Source: Limnochordia bacterium
Lineage (GTDB): Bacteria > Bacillota > Limnochordia > DTU080
Assembly: GCA_050951545.1 (NCBI GenBank)
Contig: JBMNJG010000002.1
Coordinates: forward strand, 32,001 to 96,000
Length of the DNA stretch: 64,000 nucleotides
Direction: 5' to 3'
Both the position numbers and the translations under genes were made by a program. This document shows positions 38,568-46,981 of this stretch, piece after piece. Below the pieces are notes generated by a model. It had not been told where the DNA came from. It worked only from the letters and a program-made list of their open reading frames with translations, and ran no database searches. How positions within the stretch are numbered: the first letter of the stretch is position 1; each line of letters starts with the position of its first letter.

Positions 38568-38705
38568 GAATCGATCGATCTATGCTAGAGGGGTACAGCC
38601 GGTCATTCGCGATGCCCACACAGGCCCAGAAAATGCGATTGGGGCAGCGATGTCGGGTGCACCTCATGCGCAGTGTTCTCACGCATGTCCCCGCCTCAGC
38701 ACAGG

Positions 38706-39058
38706 TGACACGGCAAACGGTGTCGGTTTCGGTCCGTTTGTGTTACTCTAGAAGGCCAATCGGACGGGCCGGTGCCACCTTTTCGTGGTTTCTGGGTGTG
38801 CAAGTGAGCTCTGGCGGCGGTTATGGACCGAAGCAAAGACCGAAGACGACCTCTTTTGCCAGCCCTTCAGCCTACCTCAGCCTGCCGCAAACGCAGCATC
38901 TGCAATGCAGGCCGCCGCGTCCCTCTCCGGGGGGCGCGGCCGAGAGTGACCCCATAGGGGCAAGACACAGGAATAGGGGATAATCGATGTTCTTGGTAGG
39001 GGCTGTGGGGTCTGTGGGCAACTCGCAGAGTTGTCCATCAGAATCCACAGCCCTTTTT
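38706..39058. repeat. Non-coding unit copy 2 (complete, ends in hairpin plus TTTTT)
   Basis: Starts TGACACGGCAAACGGTGTCGGTTTCGGTCCGTTTGTGTTACTCTAGAAGGC; ends GGGCTGTGG...CCACAGCCCTTTTT. Confidence 0.9.
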
Positions 39059-39146
39059 CTTGAGGTAGCGTCAAGAGCGTAGCCAGAGCGGGAGCCTGCG
39101 CTCGTCGACGCCGCGATCAGAAGAGACTCAGTGGTGGAATGCCGCT

Positions 39147-39302
39147 TGACACGGCAAACGGTGTCGGTTTCGGTCCGTTTGTGTTACTCTAGAAGGCAGA
39201 TCGGACGAGCCAGTGGAGTTTTCGCGGCTTCTGAGTGTGCAAGTGAGCTCTGGCGGCGGTTACAGAGGGTAGCAACAACCAGAGCCGACCTCTTTTGCCA
39301 GC
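39147..39302. repeat. Non-coding unit copy 3 (left half only)
   Basis: First ~50 bp identical to copy 2; match ends at CGACCTCTTTTGCCAGC; a perfect 11-bp hairpin follows at 39326-39351. Confidence 0.9.
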
Positions 39303-39587
39303 GATCTGTACCTCAATCGTGAACTCGCCGACCGATAGGGATCGGTCGGCGCTCAGACTGCTATGAGTAGTCGAGGAGAGAACGGGGAACCTAGACTGGA
39401 ACGCAGGGTAACTGTGGTTGTTCTGTGTGCGGTCCCCGGCCAACCGCTTGCCTTTCGTATCTACCTGGAGGATACCTGTGCTGGCTAGCGAATCAATTGT
39501 AGTTGCACCATCAGACTTTCTAGCCCACTACGTATGCGCAGAGGGCTGTTCGTCTACGATATTGTGCAGATACGTAGAGGTGATCGG

Positions 39588-40082
39588 ATGCTTAAGAGTA
39601 AGCAGGCCCACATAGTACGCTCAGTGGGGCTGGTGCTGGCATGTGTGCTTGTCGGTTACGGGTTTGCTCGTGTGCTGCCTTTTCCCGGGCGACGCTCAGC
39701 ACCCCCGCCCGCTGCCGAGGCAAATGTCGTTGCCGAGCTGATATTAGAGCCCCGGACGCCAACCGAAGCTGGCACCGTGCATGGCGCATTCTCTGTGACG
39801 GCGCGTCTGGTCAATAGTGGGCAAGAGGACTTGCGCGACCTCGTGGTCATTGCGGATCAAGTTCACGCCCTGGCTGGCTACTCCGGTGTACTACCTAAGA
39901 GTGAACGCAAGATGCAGTATATCGCCTTGTTACCAGCTGGCAAACAGGTGTCGTTGCGGTTCACGGGATTTGAGACATTTCACCCAGAGGAAAAGCAAGA
40001 GGTCATCGTCAGTGTCCTTGGGCATCCCGGGGTGCGCAAGACCGTCTACCGAGCTGTCTTTGCGCCAGGCAGCAACGACTGA
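39588..40082 (+). CDS. Small membrane-anchored protein with an Ig/CARDB-like domain
   Basis: GAGGTGA RBS; N-terminal hydrophobic helix; FSVTARLVNSG..DL..V and LPAGKQVSLRF pattern. Confidence 0.65.
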   Translation: MLKSKQAHIVRSVGLVLACVLVGYGFARVLPFPGRRSAPPPAAEANVVAELILEPRTPTEAGTVHGAFSVTARLVNSGQEDLRDLVVIADQVHALAGYSGVLPKSERKMQYIALLPAGKQVSLRFTGFETFHPEEKQEVIVSVLGHPGVRKTVYRAVFAPGSND

Positions 40083-40097
40083 CTATCGTGTGCTTGC

Positions 40098-41210
40098 TCA
40101 GACATTGAAGCGAAACAGCACAACGTCCCCATCCTGGATCAGGTAGTCACGCCCCTCAACGCGGACGCGGCCTTGCTCACGGGCACGAACGAAAGAGCCG
40201 ATGCTTACCAGCTCCTCCCAGTGGACGACCTCTGCGCGGATGAAGCCGCGCTCCATGTCGCTATGGATCATTCCCGCTGCCTGCGGCGCTGCCGTCCCAG
40301 CCACCAAGGGCCAAGCGCGAGTCTGGGGTCCCTTTACCGTGTAGAACGTGATCAGCCCCAACTGAGTGTACATCGCTCGAGCTAGTCGAAATAGACCGAG
40401 TTCGGAAAGCCCCAACTCCTCCAGGAAGGCTTCGGCTTCATCGCGAGATAACTCAGCGAGCTCGGCCTCCAACTGAGCGGACATCGCGACGTAGCCCGCC
40501 TCCTGTTGCGCCGCAAACTCTTCGACTTGGCGAGCAGCAGGACCCTCGCCAGTTAGGTCATCCTCGGCGACATTCGCACAATAGACTACAGGTTTGGCAG
40601 TGAGCAGCCCGAGTTCGCGCCACAGCCATTCCTCTTCGCTGGACGCTACGTTGGGTAGGCGGCCCACCAGTGAGCGGGCCGCCTTTCCCCGCTGCAACCC
40701 ATCCTTGATGAACTGCAGCGCCTCCATCTCTTCTTTGAACCGTGCCTCGCCAGTTTTGAGGTCCCGTGCCAGACGCTCGACTCTCTTAGTCACGGTCTGC
40801 AGATCGGCGAGCATCAGCTCGGTCTCCACGATCTCGATGTCTGCCAGGGGATCAACAGCCCCCGTCACGTGTGCCACGTTATCGTCTTCAAAGCAGCGCA
40901 CCACATGCGCCACGGCATCGACTTGCCGTATGTGCCCGAGAAACTGATTGCCCAGCCCTTCGCCCTGGCTGGCGCCTCGGACCAGTCCTGCTATGTCCAC
41001 GAATTGGAGAGCCGCCCCCACCACCTCTTCAGGTCCAATTACGCGCACAATAGCGTCGAGGCGAGGATCCGACAAGACAGCGACCCCTACGTTAGGCTCA
41101 ATTGTGCAGAACGGATAGTTCGCCACATTGGCGCCCGCAGCAGTGAGAGCGTTAAACAACGTCGACTTGCCCACGTTAGGTAGGCCTACAAGTCCCGCTT
41201 GTACAGACAT
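40098..41210 (-). CDS. ychF: Redox-regulated ATPase YchF
   Basis: GLVGLPNVGKSTLFNALT, ANYPFCTIEPN, DIAGLV, GEGLGNQFL, APQAAGMIHSDMERGFIRAE, DGDVVLFRFNV. Confidence 0.97.
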   Translation of the reverse strand: MSVQAGLVGLPNVGKSTLFNALTAAGANVANYPFCTIEPNVGVAVLSDPRLDAIVRVIGPEEVVGAALQFVDIAGLVRGASQGEGLGNQFLGHIRQVDAVAHVVRCFEDDNVAHVTGAVDPLADIEIVETELMLADLQTVTKRVERLARDLKTGEARFKEEMEALQFIKDGLQRGKAARSLVGRLPNVASSEEEWLWRELGLLTAKPVVYCANVAEDDLTGEGPAARQVEEFAAQQEAGYVAMSAQLEAELAELSRDEAEAFLEELGLSELGLFRLARAMYTQLGLITFYTVKGPQTRAWPLVAGTAAPQAAGMIHSDMERGFIRAEVVHWEELVSIGSFVRAREQGRVRVEGRDYLIQDGDVVLFRFNV

Positions 41211-41234
41211 CAGCGCATCACCTTCTTGGCCCTT

Positions 41235-42371
41235 TTACCAAGCGATGGGGGGTATATCGACAGGCATGCCTCCGTTGCGCAGCGAGTCAGTCGCAGCACA
41301 TCCTACGGCCACGCTCATCCTTCCTGCCTCAGGCGTGGCTAGCGGCTGCTTGCCGTCAAGGATCATCTCTACGAAGTCGGCACAGATCAGCGGATCGGCA
41401 CCACCGTGTCCGCCTGAAGTACCCTTGACCTGATAGACGCGATTGGCGTACTCACGCCACGTATTGGAGCGACGCGTCTTGACCTCCACAGTGCCGTTGT
41501 CTAGGCACTCCATACGCCCCTCTGTACCAATAAAGACGTAGTTACGGTAGTAATCGGGCGTATAGTGACACTGCAAGTAGGTCGCCTTGATGCCGCCTTC
41601 CATATCCATTAGGACCATGCTATGGTCTTCAACGTCGATCTCTTGGCGGAAAGCGCACTGCTTTCTGCGACTGTGAGGCTGTGCTTCAACGCACGTGTCC
41701 ACTTCTGGACATGCATCGCAGGTGAGATCATTTGGTTTGTCTCCGCCGAAGTAATCAAGGCTGCCAATGGCGACAACACGCTTCGTGTACTGCCCTGCAA
41801 TCCAGTGCATCATGTCCAGGTCGTGCGAACCTTTCTGCAGGAGCAGTCCGGTCGCGTTTTCGCGGGTGCCGTGCCAATCATGGTAGTAGAAATCTCCACC
41901 AGACCCTACGAAATGGCGGACCCAGACGGCCTTCAGTTCCCCGAGCGTGCCGGAATCCACGATCTCTTTCATCACCCGAAATACGGGCATGTAGCGCATG
42001 TTGAAGCCTACCATCAGCTGCTTGCCGGAGGACTTCCAGGTCCGCAAGATGCGGTCGCAGCCCTCAATGGTAATGGCCAACGGCTTTTCACAGAAAACGT
42101 GTTTGCCGGCCTCCAGAGCTGCCACTGCATGCTCTTCATGCACGAAATCTGGTGAGGTCACTGCCACGGCATCTATGTCAGCGCGCTCCAGCATCTGACG
42201 ATAATCCGTAGTGACGAAAGCATCCGCGTTGATATCGTCAAGAAAAGCCTTTAGGTTAGCTTCGCTTACATCAGCCCCGGCTACAACAGTGGCTCGCTTT
42301 GACGCTTGCCAGTGCCGAGCGATGGCCCCTCGTCCCCTGACACCGATCATGCCAATTCGCAGCTTATCCAT
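41235..42371 (-). CDS. Gfo/Idh/MocA family oxidoreductase
   Basis: IGMIGVRGRG, AGKHVFCEKPLA, VGFNMRY, GSHDLD. Confidence 0.92.
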   Translation of the reverse strand: MDKLRIGMIGVRGRGAIARHWQASKRATVVAGADVSEANLKAFLDDINADAFVTTDYRQMLERADIDAVAVTSPDFVHEEHAVAALEAGKHVFCEKPLAITIEGCDRILRTWKSSGKQLMVGFNMRYMPVFRVMKEIVDSGTLGELKAVWVRHFVGSGGDFYYHDWHGTRENATGLLLQKGSHDLDMMHWIAGQYTKRVVAIGSLDYFGGDKPNDLTCDACPEVDTCVEAQPHSRRKQCAFRQEIDVEDHSMVLMDMEGGIKATYLQCHYTPDYYRNYVFIGTEGRMECLDNGTVEVKTRRSNTWREYANRVYQVKGTSGGHGGADPLICADFVEMILDGKQPLATPEAGRMSVAVGCAATDSLRNGGMPVDIPPIAW

Positions 42372-42526
42372 GGGTGTCTCCCTTCACTTGCGCCGTTTGT
42401 ACTGCGCTCTACGCCATATCTCTTTAGACCGTAGAGCTCAAACTCCTGCATAGCACGAAGCGGCGCTTCACCTATGCGCCGCTTTGTTGGGAGTCCTTAG
42501 ATATCCCTTACCGTCGCTTGTCGTCC

Positions 42527-43927
42527 CTAGGGAGTCTTTTTTCGCTGTAACACTGCTGAAAGGCTGCCGTTGCCGAAATACTCCGGTAGGTACCGCTCAG
42601 CAGCTGCTAACATCTCCTCTTCGGATAGGCTAGTAGTTCGACCATCCTTAAACTGCTCTTGCACCCACCGGGCCATCAACGCCACTCCATCGTGACGCTT
42701 ATCGATGCGCTCATCACCATGCAGATCTAGCATCCTGTTCAGCCAGAAGGCTACGCCCGATGCACCAGCCTTATCCGTCACGTTCACGCCCAGAGGGCGA
42801 TTCAGCAGTGTAGCCGTATCGAAGATGTTATAGATCTCCTCGTTCTTGATCAGTCCGTCCGCATGCACGCCTGCAGAGGTCACGTTGAACTGACAACCTA
42901 TCAATGGCGTCATAGGCGGGATCTCGTAGTTGAGCTTATCTCGGAAGTAGTCGGCAATCTCTGTGATGACCAGCGTGTCGACTGAATCGTCACCAGTGAG
43001 ACTCATGTACTCAACCACCAGCGCCTCTATCGGCGTGTTACCCGTCCTCTCGCCAAAGCCCAACAGCGTGCCGTTGATCGCTGCACACCCGTAGAGCCAG
43101 GCTGTGGTCGCATTGATTAGACCCTTGTGGAAGTCGTTATGGCCGTGCCACTCAAGTCTGTCTCCCGGGACCCCGGCCTCATGGATCAGAGCGTGAACCA
43201 GGCGAGGTACGCTGCGGGGCAGCGTGGCGCCCGGATATGTGACTCCATAGCCCATGGTATCGCAGAGACGAATCTTGATCGGAATACCGCTCTCCTGACT
43301 CATGGCCATTACTGTCTGAGCAAAGGGAATGACAAAGCCATAGATATCCGCGCGCGTGACATCCTCTAGGTGACAACGAGGCCGAATACCAGCCTCCAAA
43401 CTGGCTGCAACCACATCGACGTACTGCATCATCGCTCGCTGACGGTCTAGCCCCAGCTTCGTGTAAATGTGGTAGTCAGAACACGAGGCAAGAATCCCGG
43501 TTTCCGCGATCCCCATTTCCTTGACCAGCTGAAAATCCTTCCTCGTCGCCCGAATCCAGGCAGTGATCTCTGGAAACTCATAACCGCGTTCTTGACAACG
43601 TCTGACGGCCTCTCGGTCCTTCTCGCTATAGACGAAGAACTCCGACTGCCGAATAAGACCTCGTGGACCACTCAAACGATGGAGGAGATCGAAAACCTCC
43701 ACAATCTGCTCCACCGTGTACGGCGTACGCGCCTGCTGACCGTCACGGAAAGTCGTATCAGTAATTACCATCTCGGCAGCCGGATTGAGGGGGACCTGCA
43801 CACCGTCAAACGTGATGCGCGGCGGAGCGGAATACGGAAATTGCTCACGCATCAGATCTGGTTCGATGCGATTGACCAGGGTGTAAGGCCGTGCCGAAAG
43901 CTGAAGCATCCAGTCTTTCTTCTTCAA
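42527..43927 (-). CDS. Re-citrate synthase (DRE-TIM, isopropylmalate synthase family)
   Basis: DTTFRDGQQAR, SEFFVYSEKDR, SDYHI, CHLED, LCDTMG, EWHGHNDF, GERTGN, AGVHADGLIKNEEIYNIFD; GGAGG RBS then TTG. Confidence 0.8.
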   Translation of the reverse strand: MKKKDWMLQLSARPYTLVNRIEPDLMREQFPYSAPPRITFDGVQVPLNPAAEMVITDTTFRDGQQARTPYTVEQIVEVFDLLHRLSGPRGLIRQSEFFVYSEKDREAVRRCQERGYEFPEITAWIRATRKDFQLVKEMGIAETGILASCSDYHIYTKLGLDRQRAMMQYVDVVAASLEAGIRPRCHLEDVTRADIYGFVIPFAQTVMAMSQESGIPIKIRLCDTMGYGVTYPGATLPRSVPRLVHALIHEAGVPGDRLEWHGHNDFHKGLINATTAWLYGCAAINGTLLGFGERTGNTPIEALVVEYMSLTGDDSVDTLVITEIADYFRDKLNYEIPPMTPLIGCQFNVTSAGVHADGLIKNEEIYNIFDTATLLNRPLGVNVTDKAGASGVAFWLNRMLDLHGDERIDKRHDGVALMARWVQEQFKDGRTTSLSEEEMLAAAERYLPEYFGNGSLSAVLQRKKTP

Positions 43928-44061
43928 AGTGTTCCCCTCCAAAATCCGCCTGATCGCCATGGAGCCACAGAATGACAGATACACGCAATCGCTCCATAGC
44001 GGATAGTCATATCCTAGCATGGCTTAACACAAAAGGGAAGTTGGTTCATACCGTTGAATCA

Positions 44062-44076
44062 ATCAGTAAATCTAAT
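44062..44076. promoter_or_regulatory. Candidate LysR T-N11-A box
   Basis: ATCAGTAAATCTAAT in the divergent intergenic region. Confidence 0.4.
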
Positions 44077-44132
44077 GGATCGCCCTATGGCATGCAATAG
44101 GTCCCATGAGGGCCTGTGAAGGAGGCATTACA

Positions 44133-45056
44133 TTGGACCTCAGGTTACTGCGCACCTTTCAAGTGGCGGCACGCCACCTCAACTTTAGCCAGACCGCTGA
44201 AGCCCTGTATCTGTCGCAACCTACAGTAAGCAACCACATTAAGCAGCTCGAAAACGAACTAGGATGCGAGTTGTTCGAGCGTTCGGGCCGCACCTTACGT
44301 CTGACACCCGCTGGCGAGCATTTTACCGTCTACGCCAGCCGCCTCCTCGAACATGCTGATACAGCCATGCAGGAGTTCACCGCCTGGGTCGCGGGTCGAG
44401 AGCAACGCTTGAACGTAGCCGCCTCACCTATGGTGGCTCGCTCTGTCCTGCCATGGATCATGCGCACCTACAGAGAGCGCATGCCCACTGTCGAGACTGT
44501 CATCTCGGTTCTCGTTTCCGAAGAGATTCCAGCCGTCGTGGCCAGCGGTGAAGCGGAGATCGGCTTCTCCCGCATCGAACCCGACGATCCCCGACTCAGC
44601 GGTGAGATGCTCTACCCAGACCCTGTGATCTTCGTCGCTCCTCCTCACGCGTACAACGAGAACGCCGCGCCGTATAACGACTGGCAGGAAGCGGTACAGC
44701 GCTTCCCACTGATTACGCACAATCATCCCGGCTACTGGGACGATCTGCTGCTGGCCGTACGCCAGACCCTACCACGCATCTTCACGATGGTCGTCACCCA
44801 GGTAGATATCACCAAGCGGTTGGTCGAGGAGGGCCTGGGAACCTCGTTCTTGCCACGATCGGCTGTGCACCCAGAGATCCAGGCAGGACGCATGGTAGAG
44901 CTTCCTGTGCCGGAACTCGTCCTACCGGTTTCCGCTTCCTGGCTAGTCTGGAGAGCTGACAAACCTATGACAGCAGGGGCGAAATCGTTCGTGGAGCTGG
45001 CCAGGAATCTGCGCGACGAGCTGGTCTCCAAGGATTTCGATGAGATCCTCGGGTAG
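44133..45056 (+). CDS. citR: LysR-family regulator, CitR-like
   Basis: LysR HTH (NFSQTAEALYLSQPTVSNHIKQLE); THNHPGYWDDLL and TQVDITKRLVEEGLG, as recalled for Bacillus CitR; AAGGAGG RBS then TTG. Confidence 0.75.
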   Translation: MDLRLLRTFQVAARHLNFSQTAEALYLSQPTVSNHIKQLENELGCELFERSGRTLRLTPAGEHFTVYASRLLEHADTAMQEFTAWVAGREQRLNVAASPMVARSVLPWIMRTYRERMPTVETVISVLVSEEIPAVVASGEAEIGFSRIEPDDPRLSGEMLYPDPVIFVAPPHAYNENAAPYNDWQEAVQRFPLITHNHPGYWDDLLLAVRQTLPRIFTMVVTQVDITKRLVEEGLGTSFLPRSAVHPEIQAGRMVELPVPELVLPVSASWLVWRADKPMTAGAKSFVELARNLRDELVSKDFDEILG

Positions 45057-45096
45057 CGGGGTACACTATAGGCAAATCGTTCTGGGAGGTAGTAGC

Positions 45097-45282
45097 GTGG
45101 CCGATCGATTCCCTCGCCAACCACTGTGGACAGCAGAACGGCACAATCGACTGATAGAGATGCTCCGAGCCAGGCACACAATGGAAGAGATAGCCCGAGA
45201 GCTGAGCCTACCCCTCGACGAAATCGAGGCCCAGATCGAGCGTCTCACCCAAGAGGAGCACTCGCCACACCCCTACGATTGA
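45097..45282 (+). CDS. Small HTH protein (61 aa)
   Basis: GGGAGG RBS then GTG; WTAERHNRLIEMLRARHTMEEIARELSLPLDEIEAQIERL. Confidence 0.6.
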   Translation: MADRFPRQPLWTAERHNRLIEMLRARHTMEEIARELSLPLDEIEAQIERLTQEEHSPHPYD

Positions 45283-45497
45283 TCGTCCTCGGCTGTGCGG
45301 GGTGGTTCATTTCGACGGACGAACCCCTTCATGCCCCGTTCGACTTGCGGGCGGGGCAGCATCACCACCCTGCCACAGCCCTGGCATTTGAGGCGGATGT
45401 CCATACCAGTACGCAGAATCTCCCACTGATCTGACCCGCACGGATGCGCCTTGCGCAGTTGGATTACATCGCCCAGCTCAAAACGAATAGGCATCAA
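45273..45497 (-). CDS. DUF951 (YyzM-like) protein
   Basis: LGDVIQLRKAHPCGSDQWEILRTGMDIRLKCQGCGRVVMLPR. Confidence 0.92.
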   Translation of the reverse strand: MMPIRFELGDVIQLRKAHPCGSDQWEILRTGMDIRLKCQGCGRVVMLPRPQVERGMKGFVRRNEPPRTAEDDQS

Positions 45498-45682
45498 TTA
45501 GGCTCACCCCCCTCTGTCTATCCCGCTCTCGCTCCAATGGCCCATGCACCGACTCCCTTTATTGTACCCGTAATGATGGGTGGACAGGAAGAGCTGAAGA
45601 GCCAATGTCCAGAAGGAGATCACTCCCATAGTGCTGAAGACTAGAAATTCAGACATTGTGCCTGATCTGAGGGGGTCAACTA

Positions 45683-46900
45683 ATGTACAGCACAGCTGGG
45701 AACAAGCACTCGCGCGTCGCGTTGGGTGTCTGGCTGGGCATCATGATTATCGCCTTTGTGGCAGCAACACTGGCACCTGATTTTCTCAAGTTACCTTCGG
45801 GGATCGCCACCTTCACTGTCTTGGGGCTGATCGCTGGTGTGGTAGCTGGGTCTGAGCTGTTCAGCCTGATCACGGACTGGCTGTTGGTACGGCGGAAGAA
45901 GCCGGCCAGTGAGAGCGCCATGATCAGTCGACTCTACCGCCTGGCGGCCTTCTTGGCCGTCGTCATGATCGTGGCCTATGGCTTTGGAGCGCTAGCCTCA
46001 TTTACGTCCTTCTTTACACTCTTCGGGGGTATGCTTCTGGGCTGGTCGCTGCAAGCGCCTGTCAGCGGTTTTGCAGCCTTTTTGCTCGTCTTGCTTAAGC
46101 GGCCTTTCCGTCCGGGTGATCGTATACAGTTCCCCAACCTGGGCCTTACCGGAGACGTGCACGAAGTCGGTCCCATGTATACCGTGCTTAACCAGGTCGG
46201 CGGCAGCATCGGCAGTGAGGAAGCGGTCGGTCGCTACATCTTGGTTCCTAACGCCATGCTCTTTAGTCAGGTGCTCATCAACTACACCGTGACCCAAGAA
46301 GCAGCCTTCATCCTCGATGAAGTGACTATCAGGATCACCTACGACTCCGATTGGGGTCTGGCAGAACGCTTGCTCTTGGCCGCTGCCAATGATGTCACCC
46401 CCGACATTATTGCCGCCACCGGAGTGAAACCCTATATTCGCTCTGACCTCTACGATTATGGTGTCTACCTGCGCCTGCGGTACATGACGCGGGTCAAAGA
46501 CCGCCCCGCCATTGCCTATGAGATCACCAAGCGGGTTTTTGATTCTTTTCAGCATGAGACCTCTGTGGACTTTGCCATTCCCTACGTCTACTCTTATCGC
46601 GCGGGTGCTGGCCGAAAAGACGATGAGCTGCTTCATGACGCAGAGTCACGCCATGTGCGCCAGATCGAAGTGAGACTTATCGAGCCAACCTACCAACCAC
46701 GGGTTGACGAACATGACATTGAAATGCTTATGGACAGCATCGCTGAGCGGGGGCTTCTGCAGCCCATCGTCGTCGTCAAGGATCCGCACAGTGACCTCTA
46801 CGACATTGTAGCCGGGCACATGCGCTTTGAAGCGGTCAAGCGACTGGGTTGGAAAACCATTCCGGCCGTCGTCCGTGGCGAGCACACACAAACAGCGTAG
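45683..46900 (+). CDS. MscS mechanosensitive channel fused to a C-terminal ParB/Srx domain
   Basis: TM helices, KRPFRPGDRI, GDVHEVG, VPNAMLF..INY; tail QPR...LMDSIAERGLLQPIVV...YDIVAGHMRFEAVKRLGWKTIPAVV. Confidence 0.85.
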   Translation: MYSTAGNKHSRVALGVWLGIMIIAFVAATLAPDFLKLPSGIATFTVLGLIAGVVAGSELFSLITDWLLVRRKKPASESAMISRLYRLAAFLAVVMIVAYGFGALASFTSFFTLFGGMLLGWSLQAPVSGFAAFLLVLLKRPFRPGDRIQFPNLGLTGDVHEVGPMYTVLNQVGGSIGSEEAVGRYILVPNAMLFSQVLINYTVTQEAAFILDEVTIRITYDSDWGLAERLLLAAANDVTPDIIAATGVKPYIRSDLYDYGVYLRLRYMTRVKDRPAIAYEITKRVFDSFQHETSVDFAIPYVYSYRAGAGRKDDELLHDAESRHVRQIEVRLIEPTYQPRVDEHDIEMLMDSIAERGLLQPIVVVKDPHSDLYDIVAGHMRFEAVKRLGWKTIPAVVRGEHTQTA

Positions 46901-46981
46901 GTCCAGCGTCGATTATTGCTCCCAACGGGTACGCTACCGTTGTGCAAATAGCGTGCCACGGCATTATCTGGGAGTCAAGCT

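Noticed and set aside
38060-39302. Repeats as a CRISPR array
   Set aside because: Units are 160-350 bp and irregularly spaced, with no short identical repeats and no cas genes in the window.
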